Source: Parcubacteria group bacterium Gr01-1014_3
GTDB taxonomy: Bacteria > Patescibacteriota > Minisyncoccia > UBA6257 > WO2-44-18
Direction: 5' to 3'
DNA length: 64,000 nucleotides
Assembly (NCBI GenBank): GCA_007376445.1
Contig: VMGF01000002.1
Span: 103,928-167,927 of the forward strand
This document shows positions 34,923 through 45,066 of the stretch, piece by piece (positions within the stretch are counted from its first letter, which is position 1; the number at the start of each line of letters is the position of its first letter). A program made the position numbers and the translations under genes. The notes under the pieces are model-generated. The model ran no database searches and was not told the DNA's origin. It saw only the letters and a program-made list of their open reading frames with translations.

Positions 34923-37429
34923 TGAAAATCGCTCTCTGTTTTTTAACTTATAACGAAGCTGAATGCCTCCGTAAAATGTTGCCTGGCCTGGATTATTCCA
35001 TGTTCGATGATGTTTTCGCGGTGGATGGCGGTTCAACAGATGGTTCACTGGAAGTTTATAAACAGCATGGTATCCGAGTAGCTCTTCAGAAATCCCGGGG
35101 CCGTGGAGAAGCTTTCAAATTCGCCGAAAAATCCACCGACGCAGACGCTATAGTTTATTTCAGTCCGGACGGAAACGAAGATCCTAAGGACTTTCCAAAA
35201 TTCAGGGAACAGCTCGAAAAAGGCGCGGATATTGTGATCGCCTCCCGGATGATGAAAGGCGCTTTCAATGAAGAGGATATCTCCTGGTGGCGGCCCCGAA
35301 AATGGGTAAATAATCTGTTTACCTTGGCGATCAATATTCTCTGGAACCGTTCCGGCGCTTATATCACCGATTCCATCAACGGATTCCGTGCTATCCGCCG
35401 TGGCCTGATCGAAAAACTTGGCCAGGACGCGATCGGCTACACGATTGAATACCAAAATACGATGCGCGCGCTTCAGAAAAATCTGAAGATCACCGAATTT
35501 CCTACCCGGGAAGGCCAGCGCCTCGCCGGTGAAACCAAGGCGCACTCACTAGAAGTCGGCATAAAATTCCTAAAGTGCTTGTTTCAAGAAATTTGGCTTT
35601 CTCCGCCATGGCGTCTCATTCTTCCGGTACTAGCAGCGATTTTCGTGGGATTAGTTTATATCCTACCGCCGATCTTTATCAGAAATCATATCGAAAATCA
35701 GGGCGGATCATTTTTACTAGTTCAGCCGGAAACCTATCGGGATGAATTTTTCAGCAATCTGCCAAAAAACCGGGAAGTTTACGATGGGCACTTTCCACCA
35801 GCCGGACCGTACGCCGATGATCTCCCGCGGACCCTTCTCAATCCGCTTCCACCCACGATCTTTTCCGGATTTTTATATCTCTCAGACGGCGATGTCAATA
35901 ACGCGTATCTCGCCATGCAATTCTTGTTTTCAGCCGGTGTCTTTCTACTGCTTTATGCCCTGGGTTTAAAATTGATGGGTTCCGGACTCTGGGGAATGTT
36001 TTTAGGATTCCTTGGAGTCTTTACGCACTTTGCTCAGATGATCTTTTATTATCCCTACCGCGATTTTCTGAATATCTTCGTTAAGGATTTTATACCACTG
36101 GTCCGATCCCCAATCGACAAGCTTCACATTGCGCGGATCGATGATCCGCTCATCACCCTTCCGGTCTTCGCGGCGGCCCTTCTCGCTTTTTATTTATTTT
36201 GGAAAAAACCCAAATTCTCCACCGCCGCCATATCGGCCGTCTTAGCTGGACTGCTTGCCTATACCTACCTTCACCACTGGCTGGTGATGATGTCTATCAT
36301 CGGCATTCTCTTTTTACTGGCGCTAGCCTTCTATCGTCAAGATAAACCGCGGATTAAAAATTTTATATTCCTCCTGGCTATCACGTTTGTTATTTTAATT
36401 CCTTACTTCGTAAATAATTTTTCTTTTCTCGCGACTTATGGCGAAGACTTCGCTCTGCGGGTCGGCCTGGAAAAGGGGCGCGACTTGGCCTGGAAGTTCC
36501 TTACGACCACGCACATTGGCCTGGATCATATAATCTATACGCTCCTTTTAGCCGCCGTTTACTTTGTTTATTTCCGATGGCTGAAAAATAAAGATAAAGG
36601 CATATTTTTTATGGCCTGTGTCTTATCGATGTTCGCGGTGTGGCAAATACCGACTATCCTCGGGTCTATCCCGCAGTTTTCTCACTTAATGAAATCCTTG
36701 AGCCTAATAGCGCTAATTCTGATCGTCAATATAATTTATGACGCGCATAACGGACTCGGCGCGCGTGGCAAAAAAATAGTTCGCCTATTTATAATACTTC
36801 TCATAGTGGGAATGGCCGGTAAAAAAACAATAAATACCGCTATATTTATTAATCCTCCAGCTGGTGTGGTGGAGGTTTATTCATTCCCGAAGGATATTTT
36901 GGATTCGTGGAAATGGATCGACGAAAACCTTGGCAAAGAGCCGAAAATCGTCTCTTCCTCCCTGGTTACCTCTCTTTATCTCGCGTCCAACACCGTTGCC
37001 CGGCCATATCTGCCAACAGGATTCATCTCTACCCTACCGACCGTAGAGCTAGAGAAGCGCTTTTTGCTGGTCAATAAGCTATTTTCCGTATCTCCCGAGA
37101 TATTACAAAGGAGGCTGGACGACTTCAAAGATGGCTTCCAGGACCGCTGTTTTGGCCAAAAATGCGTTCATGCATCCGAATTCAATTTCACTAAAACCCG
37201 CTGGTATCTAACCGAACATGGCTGGCATATGACCAGAATGGCTAAAGAACCGGCTAAGGTGATTGAAGAGTACAAAAAAATGCCTGCTTCCTGGGCAGAA
37301 ACCAATTCGGATTATATTTACTATGGGCCGTGGGAAAAACAGTTCGCCGTAAAAAATTTCTCAACCGATAAAAATCTAGATTTAGTCTATAAAAATAGTC
37401 TAGTAGAGATCTATCGGATCCGAAAGTAA
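34922..37429 (+). CDS. family-2 glycosyltransferase fused to a large polytopic membrane domain
   Basis: N-terminal GT2 (FLTYNEAE, DGGSTDGS, DxD-like), then ~600 aa with >10 TM helices. Confidence 0.7.
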   Translation: MKIALCFLTYNEAECLRKMLPGLDYSMFDDVFAVDGGSTDGSLEVYKQHGIRVALQKSRGRGEAFKFAEKSTDADAIVYFSPDGNEDPKDFPKFREQLEKGADIVIASRMMKGAFNEEDISWWRPRKWVNNLFTLAINILWNRSGAYITDSINGFRAIRRGLIEKLGQDAIGYTIEYQNTMRALQKNLKITEFPTREGQRLAGETKAHSLEVGIKFLKCLFQEIWLSPPWRLILPVLAAIFVGLVYILPPIFIRNHIENQGGSFLLVQPETYRDEFFSNLPKNREVYDGHFPPAGPYADDLPRTLLNPLPPTIFSGFLYLSDGDVNNAYLAMQFLFSAGVFLLLYALGLKLMGSGLWGMFLGFLGVFTHFAQMIFYYPYRDFLNIFVKDFIPLVRSPIDKLHIARIDDPLITLPVFAAALLAFYLFWKKPKFSTAAISAVLAGLLAYTYLHHWLVMMSIIGILFLLALAFYRQDKPRIKNFIFLLAITFVILIPYFVNNFSFLATYGEDFALRVGLEKGRDLAWKFLTTTHIGLDHIIYTLLLAAVYFVYFRWLKNKDKGIFFMACVLSMFAVWQIPTILGSIPQFSHLMKSLSLIALILIVNIIYDAHNGLGARGKKIVRLFIILLIVGMAGKKTINTAIFINPPAGVVEVYSFPKDILDSWKWIDENLGKEPKIVSSSLVTSLYLASNTVARPYLPTGFISTLPTVELEKRFLLVNKLFSVSPEILQRRLDDFKDGFQDRCFGQKCVHASEFNFTKTRWYLTEHGWHMTRMAKEPAKVIEEYKKMPASWAETNSDYIYYGPWEKQFAVKNFSTDKNLDLVYKNSLVEIYRIRK

Positions 37430-37485
37430 GTTTTTTTCTGTTGACTTATCCACCGACCAATTGCGCGCTTTGCTATACTTAGCCT

Positions 37486-38475
37486 ATGACAAAAAAATAC
37501 TTACTCTGGGCAGTATTGGGCGCCTTGGTGGTCGGAGGCTACTATTTACTTTCTCAGCCGGTAACTCCGGGCACCGATGAGGTGACTGGCGTACCAACTA
37601 CAGACAAACCTAGCACCGGTTCCACGGCGTCTAAACCGGCGGGTTCAGTTCCGGCTAAAGACCTGGGCAGACTGGTCTTTTCCATCACTGACGAAGCCGT
37701 TAAATTAGACAACGCGCAATCGGTACTCGTAAATATCACCCGAGTTGAAGCTTTTAACGCTCAAAAGGGCTGGGTTACAATCTCCAGCACTCCGCAAACC
37801 TTTGATCTCGTTCAGTTAAAGAAAGATGGTCGCTTCGTGCTCTTGGGCGACAAGCAAGTCTCTTTCGGCGACTATACCCAGGTCCGACTAGTGATCGGCA
37901 CCGTGGTCGTCCTGAAAGATGGCGTGGCGCATGACGCAAGGATCCTTAATAAAGATTTACGTCTCGTCACCAACTTTGCCGTTGCCCGTGGCGCGACTTC
38001 CGCGGTTACGGTAGATATCCTTGGCGACAAATCACTCCATCGGACTTCCAGCGGTAAATATATCTTCGCTTCGGTTTTAAATCTTAAGACCTATGAACGC
38101 GTGGAGCAGGTTCAGATCGCGAATAAAAAAGTTGAATTAATCGGCGGAACTATTAAATATAATTCAACCATCGGTGTTGATGAAAATGGCGATCTCAAAA
38201 TCGGCTACGAGATCAACTCGGCTGCCACCCTAGAAATCCTGGGCGACGCGATCATTGTTACTTCAGCCGGTTATGACACCAACTTCTTCAAGTTCAGCGC
38301 GGCGGAATCAATTAAGATCGCCATCGACGCGGGCCACATCGCGGTAGCGCTATCAGCCAAATCGATTAATAACGACGAATATAGTCCGGTCTGGCAGATC
38401 ATTGGCGTAAAGAATGGCAAGAGAGTGCTGGTGAAAGTTCACGGCACATCCGGAAAGATAATTTACGTCCAATAA
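37486..38475 (+). CDS. secreted lipoprotein-like beta-rich protein (DUF4382-like)
   Basis: N-terminal signal/TM, Thr/Pro-rich linker, beta-rich domains. Confidence 0.35.
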   Translation: MTKKYLLWAVLGALVVGGYYLLSQPVTPGTDEVTGVPTTDKPSTGSTASKPAGSVPAKDLGRLVFSITDEAVKLDNAQSVLVNITRVEAFNAQKGWVTISSTPQTFDLVQLKKDGRFVLLGDKQVSFGDYTQVRLVIGTVVVLKDGVAHDARILNKDLRLVTNFAVARGATSAVTVDILGDKSLHRTSSGKYIFASVLNLKTYERVEQVQIANKKVELIGGTIKYNSTIGVDENGDLKIGYEINSAATLEILGDAIIVTSAGYDTNFFKFSAAESIKIAIDAGHIAVALSAKSINNDEYSPVWQIIGVKNGKRVLVKVHGTSGKIIYVQ

Positions 38476-38487
38476 GCCGAAACAAAA

Positions 38488-38532
38488 AAACCGTCCGCCA
38501 ACATTTTCAAAGTTGTGGCGGACGGTTTTTTT
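38488..38532. terminator. bidirectional rho-independent terminator
   Basis: aaaaaaaccgtccgcca...tggcggacggtttttttt. Confidence 0.65.
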
Positions 38533-39056
38533 TAAAGCTGGGGTTCCTTAATCGAGTAGATTGCTCCAAAAGCCTTTTCTAATATTTCCGTCCCGTTTCC
38601 ATCATGCCCTAAAACAGACGCGTGAGAAAAATTTAATCTGGCCGTGCCCGGCCTTTGTGCTCTAAAAGATATTTGTAAAATATTCCCCACTCTCATATAT
38701 TCCGGGTTAGTGAGGGCCCCGGAAAATTTTAATATTCCTTCGGTATTTGAGAAAGTTGGAGGATTTATCCAAAGATCGATAATTGAATCCTCGTAAGAAA
38801 TGGAATCGATCTCCAACAACTCTTTCGGAAACTTAACTACCGCCTCCGCCGCGTTAAAATCCACCGCGGAGCTAATTGCCACAAACACCGAAAAATTATC
38901 GCCGGAGGTAATGGTGGCGGTTTGCGGAGATAAAGCAAGATACGCGCCTAGGTCATCGCTAGCTAAAAACGAAGTACTGGCTAGGACGGCGGCCAGGGCA
39001 ATAAAGGCGGCGGCGATTAGAAGATAAAGATTGTGTTGTTTTAGTTTATCTAGCAC
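38532..39056 (-). CDS. secreted hypothetical protein
   Basis: signal anchor; no motif. Confidence 0.4.
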   Translation of the reverse strand: MLDKLKQHNLYLLIAAAFIALAAVLASTSFLASDDLGAYLALSPQTATITSGDNFSVFVAISSAVDFNAAEAVVKFPKELLEIDSISYEDSIIDLWINPPTFSNTEGILKFSGALTNPEYMRVGNILQISFRAQRPGTARLNFSHASVLGHDGNGTEILEKAFGAIYSIKEPQL

Positions 39057-39123
39057 CGCTTAAAACTAAAACAATCACTCTAAGAAAGCTCTAAGATATG
39101 GTTAAAATCTTTCTCGATTAAAA

Positions 39124-40668
39124 TTAAAACTTTACTATAAACGCAGTCCCAAATCCGGGAGAACTTTCCACGGTGATCGTGCCGTTATGCCTTTCAGCGA
39201 TGGTTTTGCAGATCGCTAATCCCAAGCCGGTGCCATGAATATCATCCCCGTTTTTCGCGCGATAAAATCTGTCAAAAATGTGCGGCAGGTCTTCGGAACT
39301 GATGCCGATGCCCGTATCGCTGACGGAAAGCTCAATAGGCCCGCGATTTTTATTGAGGGCAATCACGATCTTCTTTTCACCGCCATTATGCATGTATTTT
39401 ACCGAATTGCTTAGAAGATTCGTGACCAGCTCTTCCAGTCGGTTCTTGTCTCCTGTCACAAAAATATCCGGCTGGATATTGACGACCACATTTATGTGCT
39501 TCGCCTCCGCTAGTGTGCTGAAATATTCGGAAGTATCGGATAAAAGACGGCTCAAATTAACTTTTTCCCAGATAAAATTCGCCTGCGCTGTTTCCAATTT
39601 GGACAAATTCAGGAAATCATAAATGAACTTTGAAATATCATCTACCGATTTATCCAAAGCGCTCAAACTAGGCAATTTAACGTGATGCCTTAGCGACTCC
39701 AGTTCGCTTTTCAGGATCGTTAATGGGGTTTGTAGGCCGTGTGAAATATCCACCATGATCTGCTTTTCTTTTTCCCGTAATTCTTTGAGGTGGCTCGTTT
39801 TTTCTTCAACTCTTTTCTTTGAGTAAATTTCAATCAGAAAAACGGATATAATGCCGACCACGACCGACAAACCGGCGGAGATCATGACCGATAAGTGTTC
39901 TGGGATGATCAGGCCGATGTGAAGGGCTGATAATAAATAGAGCGACACTATTACTCCTAAAAGCGTCGCGTAGATCAGGCTTTTTTGTATAACTACGCGA
40001 ATGTCCATTAACTGATGACGGACCAGGGCATAGGCGGTGAAAGTCACAAAAACGATCGAGCCGAGAATGCCCATAAAATTAAGGTCAAAAACTCCAAGGA
40101 ATGGCAGGACAGCGCTAAAGACGAATCCGGTTATGCCAAAGGTAGCGGCGCCGAAAAATAAATACTTCATCTTCAATCTGGCCAGATCGGATAGTTTTCT
40201 GTAGTTCCGGAAAAATAAAATAATACTGAAGATCACGTAGAAACCGAAGAAAAACGCGTAAAGCGGGAACCAGGGAGTATTGATCGGAGCCACCGCGCCG
40301 TTAGCAGACACTTCGATGCCGCTGACAAAAATCCCGAACGGTATCGCGACACAGATCGGTATAAATGGAATCAGGGTCAACCAGAAAGACTTTTTTATTT
40401 GGGAAGAGTTCGGAAATGTTTTAGCCAATAAAACCAACCCGAAAAGTAAGGTCGTCCCGGCCATCAGAATAACCCGGTCAAAAATAATACTCTTAGTTAT
40501 AAAGACCAATACCAGGCTGCCGATCCAAACCGCTATGCCGCAGGCAAAGCAGAAAAATGACCAATTTACGATACTACGAGGGTTTTTGAAAAGCACGAAA
40601 ACTCCGATCAAAAAATTGACAATAGCCGTTCCCAGGAAAACCACCTCCTGGAGGGGTGAAAAAGTCAT
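39124..40668 (-). CDS. membrane sensor histidine kinase (multi-TM sensor domain)
   Basis: about 8 TM helices, HisKA H-box SHGLQTPL, HATPase_c. Confidence 0.8.
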   Translation of the reverse strand: MTFSPLQEVVFLGTAIVNFLIGVFVLFKNPRSIVNWSFFCFACGIAVWIGSLVLVFITKSIIFDRVILMAGTTLLFGLVLLAKTFPNSSQIKKSFWLTLIPFIPICVAIPFGIFVSGIEVSANGAVAPINTPWFPLYAFFFGFYVIFSIILFFRNYRKLSDLARLKMKYLFFGAATFGITGFVFSAVLPFLGVFDLNFMGILGSIVFVTFTAYALVRHQLMDIRVVIQKSLIYATLLGVIVSLYLLSALHIGLIIPEHLSVMISAGLSVVVGIISVFLIEIYSKKRVEEKTSHLKELREKEKQIMVDISHGLQTPLTILKSELESLRHHVKLPSLSALDKSVDDISKFIYDFLNLSKLETAQANFIWEKVNLSRLLSDTSEYFSTLAEAKHINVVVNIQPDIFVTGDKNRLEELVTNLLSNSVKYMHNGGEKKIVIALNKNRGPIELSVSDTGIGISSEDLPHIFDRFYRAKNGDDIHGTGLGLAICKTIAERHNGTITVESSPGFGTAFIVKF

Positions 40669-40703
40669 GCAGGCAGTCTAAATAAAGAGCCCTAGTATTG
40701 CAA

Positions 40704-41294
40704 CTAGGGCCCAAAAACTATAAAACCGGCCTTAACGGAGCGCCTCACGTTCGGCTCCATGGCCTCAACCATCTGACTCAAGTCCATCATATAGAGTTTA
40801 GGGGCTGGTAAGTCCAAATAGTAGCCTAAACCGTCCTTACTAATCCGATCCATCATCAGCCTGGCGTCCAATATTACCCGAGCATCGATACCCAGCTGAT
40901 CTAGCTTGGCCTTGATGTGATCTTTAGCCTCGGAAATCGTGTGAGTCTTGCCTTGAGTCAGGCCGTGCTTGGCCGCGACATAGATTAAGGCATCCGCGAT
41001 ACCCCGCATAGTGACCATCCAGCGTCCATATTGAATGTTTTTTTCTCTGTGGAATGGCCACGGAGTTTTGGCTTTATCGAATTCATAAATGATCTCGAGA
41101 GGCAAAGGTTTATTAACCTCGCCTATATCAAGACCGGTAGTACCGACAATTTCTGAGCCATTTGTGGCCACAAAAAGCACATCCGGAGGCGGAGGTGGTT
41201 GGCACTTATAATGATTGAAGGCTACTTTATTAATAAACTCCAGCGCTTTTTGATAATCACTGCCCTGGCCTACCAATCGAATGTTTATGGCCAC
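40704..41294 (-). CDS. hypothetical protein, possibly acyl-CoA N-acyltransferase (GNAT-like) fold
   Basis: weak motif-A-like RGIADALIYVAAKHG; overlaps the ThiF stop/start (operon). Confidence 0.3.
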   Translation of the reverse strand: MAINIRLVGQGSDYQKALEFINKVAFNHYKCQPPPPPDVLFVATNGSEIVGTTGLDIGEVNKPLPLEIIYEFDKAKTPWPFHREKNIQYGRWMVTMRGIADALIYVAAKHGLTQGKTHTISEAKDHIKAKLDQLGIDARVILDARLMMDRISKDGLGYYLDLPAPKLYMMDLSQMVEAMEPNVRRSVKAGFIVFGP

Positions 41295-42253
41295 TAACCC
41301 CTCACGATCTCTGCCTTCATTTTGGCAGCATCAAAGTAAAGATAGCCAGGCATCTTCGGCGTCTCAATCGCGGTCCGCTTGATTGCGGATGACGCGAGCA
41401 GATGCAATAAGACCCGGTCCGCGAGAAAACCAGTGGCCATTGGCGGATTGGTGGCAATAATCGAAGCCTTTCCCTCGTTAAATAGACGCTCTTTCAGTCG
41501 AATCACATTTTGGTAATCCGACTCTTCCGCGCAATATTCCGGTATGGCCGGCACCAACCCATTCAGCACGCTGTTCATCACTTCATGAATCTCGTCTTTA
41601 CTGGCTTTACGCGATTGAATTTTTTCCTGCAGCAATTTCGCTTTTTGATATGAAAGTCCCAGACAATCCTCCATCGTCTGGCTATCATGGGTAAACAGGA
41701 AAAGCCGCGTTCCAAAGCCGACCGTGTTGCAGTTAAAAACCGGCCTCTTAAACTTTCGCGCCTGCTGATGCAAAAGGATTCGGGCGCCAACCGCCCAAAA
41801 TTCTATTTCATCGCACACCACATCACATCCGGAAATAAACTGATCGACGGTTTCCTCCGAGATCCCCTGCGGATAAACTTCCAGAGTGAAATCATCGCTG
41901 ATCTCCCGGAGCATCCGGGCGGTTTCAAAAGCTTTGGATTTGCCAACCGTGAAGCGAGTTGCCGCGAATTGCCGATTGATATTGGAAATATCAAAAACTT
42001 CGCAATCGGCGATTCGGATTTCTCCGACTCCCAGGCGCAAAAATTTTTCCGCCAGCTGGCCGCCCATACCTCCGCATCCGGCAATGCCGATCACGGTTTT
42101 TCTAAGGACTTCCTGTTCGGTTTTGGTGATCCAGCCGATATTCCGGTCTACTCTTTCCCAGTAATATTTTTCATCGGCATTCCGGGGACCGATCCTATAG
42201 ATAGTGTCGAGTTTGAGCTTCTTAGGTAAGACTACGCGCTTCTGTACCATCAC
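41294..42253 (-). CDS. ThiF/MoeB/HesA-family E1-like adenylyltransferase
   Basis: Rossmann GIAGCGGMGG, RQ motif region; no rhodanese domain. Confidence 0.75.
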   Translation of the reverse strand: MMVQKRVVLPKKLKLDTIYRIGPRNADEKYYWERVDRNIGWITKTEQEVLRKTVIGIAGCGGMGGQLAEKFLRLGVGEIRIADCEVFDISNINRQFAATRFTVGKSKAFETARMLREISDDFTLEVYPQGISEETVDQFISGCDVVCDEIEFWAVGARILLHQQARKFKRPVFNCNTVGFGTRLFLFTHDSQTMEDCLGLSYQKAKLLQEKIQSRKASKDEIHEVMNSVLNGLVPAIPEYCAEESDYQNVIRLKERLFNEGKASIIATNPPMATGFLADRVLLHLLASSAIKRTAIETPKMPGYLYFDAAKMKAEIVRG

Positions 42254-42333
42254 AAAAAACCTCCTTGTTAAGGTACCTCTCTAATTTTCGTTTTAAATTG
42301 CTATAAAAAAGCTCTAAAAAAACTCAAATCTTT

Positions 42334-43008
42334 CTAAAGTTGTTCGGAAAGTTTATAGCCACGGCCCGGAATGGTGTGGATAAGTCGTTTTTTAACGTTG
42401 GTATCGATTTTTCTCCGCAAACTCAAAATATGTGATTCAATAGTATTTGAAAATGGGTCCGCGCTCATATTCCAGACATGCTCCATGATCATACCTCTGG
42501 ATAAAACCGCGCCGGCGTTTTTTAAAAGATATTCTAATAGCGCGAATTCTTTCCGGGTCAAATAAACCTCTTTCGCGCCACGCTTTACCACCTGTTTTTT
42601 GTTGTCCAAAACCAGATCCGCAATCTGTAAAATATCCCCTTCTACTTTTGGCGGACGGCGCAATAATGCCCGAACTCTCGCCATGAGCTCTTCTAATGAA
42701 AATGGCTTACTGAGATAGTCATCGGCGCCGGAATTTAATAACTCAACTTTCGTAGAAACTTCACTTTTCACCGATAAGACGATGATCGGCACGCTCTTTC
42801 CCTCTTTCCGGACTTCTTGGCAGACCTGCAGACCGGTCTTTTTGGGCAAGATATTATCCAGAATAATTAAATCGTAATCGTTAGTCCGCGCCAAAAATGA
42901 CCCTCGCTCACCATCGGTAGCCACATCCACCGCGAAGGATTCCGCCTCTAAACCCGCCCGCAGAAACTGGGCGATCTGCTTTTCGTCTTCCACAATTAGG
43001 ATACGCAT
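42334..43008 (-). CDS. OmpR-family two-component response regulator
   Basis: receiver MRILIVEDE + winged-helix C-terminal (track start 43038 trimmed to MRILIV). Confidence 0.85.
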   Translation of the reverse strand: MRILIVEDEKQIAQFLRAGLEAESFAVDVATDGERGSFLARTNDYDLIILDNILPKKTGLQVCQEVRKEGKSVPIIVLSVKSEVSTKVELLNSGADDYLSKPFSLEELMARVRALLRRPPKVEGDILQIADLVLDNKKQVVKRGAKEVYLTRKEFALLEYLLKNAGAVLSRGMIMEHVWNMSADPFSNTIESHILSLRRKIDTNVKKRLIHTIPGRGYKLSEQL

Positions 43009-43176
43009 AATTTGTTCATAAAGTATCAGGTGATTCAAGACCAGTCAAAGGCTAACATTTTATAGATAAATTATTTCTAAAGTTTAAAAATGGAGAATTT
43101 AAGAAAAATTTGCCAAATTTTAGCTAATTCGTCATAATCTAACAGGTTTTTTGATAGTGATTTAAGGAGTTGGCTG

Positions 43177-44046
43177 ATGGAAGTAATCGTAATTCCCCCG
43201 ACCTATTTTGACGTCGTGGAGTCTTACAATACCCGCATGCGGCCGGATCTGCCGTATGGCAAACCTGATCCACGCAAAACCTTTCAGCAGTGGGCGAAAA
43301 TGGTCGAGATTCTTACGTATGATCTTGGAGTTAAAGTAGAATTCATGAATCCGACTATCGATCTTCACGACATGGCCTTCGCCTGTGATCCGGGACTTTG
43401 GATAGACAATACGTTTATTGCCGCTAACTTCCAGCCGGAAGCTCGTCGGCTGGAGGTCGCGCCATTTTTTGAAGCCTTTTCCAGAACCACAACCTATCCC
43501 AGAGCCTTACCCGAAGAAGCATGTTTCGAAGGTGGCGACTGCGTTGTTGTAGGAAATACTCTCCTGTTGGGTTATGGCGAAAATCGCACCAACCGGCGCG
43601 GAGTCGAAGAGGTGAAAAAGATCCTGGAACCGCAGGCAATCAGGGTTGTCCCGATCCGCCGGGTCACGGAAGAGTTCTATCATCTGAACTCGGTGCTGAC
43701 AGTGTATCCCTCGGCCGGTCTCATCGCTTACTATGCCGAAGCCTTTGAGCCGGATATTCAAGAGATCCTTGAAAAAAATCTGCCGCGGATGAAGTCGGTA
43801 GCCCTTCCGAAGGACGCGGTCTACCGGAAACAGCCGGCGATCGGCGATGAGTATCTCTATAGCTACTGCCTGAATTCGATCGAAAATAACGGCAAAGTGC
43901 TAATGTCGTATTGTTCCAGTACGCATCGCAAGCTTCTCGAAAGTCACGGACTGCAACCGATCGTTCTCGACTGCTCGGAATTCGAGAAGTCCGGCGGCGC
44001 ATTTCGCTGTTTGACGATGATCCACAACATTACAAAAACCCCATAA
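43177..44046 (+). CDS. amidinotransferase/DDAH-superfamily (pentein fold) hydrolase
   Basis: C-terminal catalytic Cys in SGGAFRCLTM, His/Asp upstream; ~289 aa fits DDAH/CtlX-like. Confidence 0.6.
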   Translation: MEVIVIPPTYFDVVESYNTRMRPDLPYGKPDPRKTFQQWAKMVEILTYDLGVKVEFMNPTIDLHDMAFACDPGLWIDNTFIAANFQPEARRLEVAPFFEAFSRTTTYPRALPEEACFEGGDCVVVGNTLLLGYGENRTNRRGVEEVKKILEPQAIRVVPIRRVTEEFYHLNSVLTVYPSAGLIAYYAEAFEPDIQEILEKNLPRMKSVALPKDAVYRKQPAIGDEYLYSYCLNSIENNGKVLMSYCSSTHRKLLESHGLQPIVLDCSEFEKSGGAFRCLTMIHNITKTP

Positions 44047-44054
44047 ATGGGGTT

Positions 44055-44588
44055 TTATTTTACTTCGAGGATTGTGTAGGTTTTTGAAACGGCGCCAGTT
44101 TGAAAAGTGACACTATCCCCTTTTTCGTGACCAAGAAGCGCGGCGCCAAGCGGTGATTGATAAGAAATACGTCCATTGGTTGGTTCGGTTTCGGACGGCC
44201 CGACGATTTGGAAAGCTCGTGGTGAGCCCGCCTGCCCCGCCCTGGCGGTGGCCGAACCATTCTCTTCAATTACAACGATCGAACCAAGCTGAACCTTACC
44301 GGAAGTATTCGGCCCGGATTTAATTACAGATGCTCGGCGGATCTGGTCCTCTAAACTCAAAATCTGCCGGTGTGTTCCTCGTAATTTAGATTTCGCGGCT
44401 TGGTATTCGGCATTCTCCGACCGGTCACCATAATCGGCGGCGGTTTTCGCGTCGGTAGCCAACTTCGGTAAAGATTCTTTAAGGCGCGCTAGCTTATCTT
44501 TTAAATCCTTAAGACCGCCTTCAGTTAAATGAACCGGGCCTTGATCGCGGACTTTCAGTTTTTCTAAGCGACTCCTCGGAATCTGCAT
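44055..44588 (-). CDS. greA: transcription elongation factor GreA
   Basis: N-terminal coiled-coil with acidic tip (DYGDRSENAEY), C-terminal FKBP-like domain. Confidence 0.8.
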   Translation of the reverse strand: MQIPRSRLEKLKVRDQGPVHLTEGGLKDLKDKLARLKESLPKLATDAKTAADYGDRSENAEYQAAKSKLRGTHRQILSLEDQIRRASVIKSGPNTSGKVQLGSIVVIEENGSATARAGQAGSPRAFQIVGPSETEPTNGRISYQSPLGAALLGHEKGDSVTFQTGAVSKTYTILEVK

Positions 44589-44996
44589 CTAAACCTCGGT
44601 CGGAATCAGTTTCTGATATATCTCACCTACTAATTTTCTAAATAGATCGCGCTTTTTCCAAAAGGTATTGCTCTCGGAAACATCGTTGTTTTGGATCTTT
44701 TTTATCTCATTCAACACCGCGTATCGGGTGTGTCCGAGATCGGCATCCGACTTAGTGTTAGCATCTTCCAGTGCCTGGTAGATCTGCTTGAGATGATTGT
44801 ACTTATTCGGAATGTTGAGAGCGATATTGGCCTTAGTATTGGATGAAAGAGTGGCGGTCAAAGTGTTTACTTCGATATGTTCAATAAAATCGTGAATCGC
44901 TTCAAAAAACGCGAAACTATCAGGCGTTTTAAGAACCTTTTGAAATTTCTTCTCAAGACCAACCTTAACTTTTGGTAGTATCTTCATTGCTTGCAT
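44589..44996 (-). CDS. hypothetical protein
   Basis: ORF, translationally coupled to greA. Confidence 0.4.
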   Translation of the reverse strand: MQAMKILPKVKVGLEKKFQKVLKTPDSFAFFEAIHDFIEHIEVNTLTATLSSNTKANIALNIPNKYNHLKQIYQALEDANTKSDADLGHTRYAVLNEIKKIQNNDVSESNTFWKKRDLFRKLVGEIYQKLIPTEV

Positions 44997-45023
44997 TCTA
45001 GCATGTCTATGGCGAAATAGCGA

Positions 45024-45052
45024 GCAATAAAAAATGCCCCGATAGTTGTCGG
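45024..45052 (-). terminator. rho-independent terminator
   Basis: gccccgac-aacta-tcggggc + T-run on the minus strand. Confidence 0.55.
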
Positions 45053-45066
45053 GGCAAGTCTGTTAT

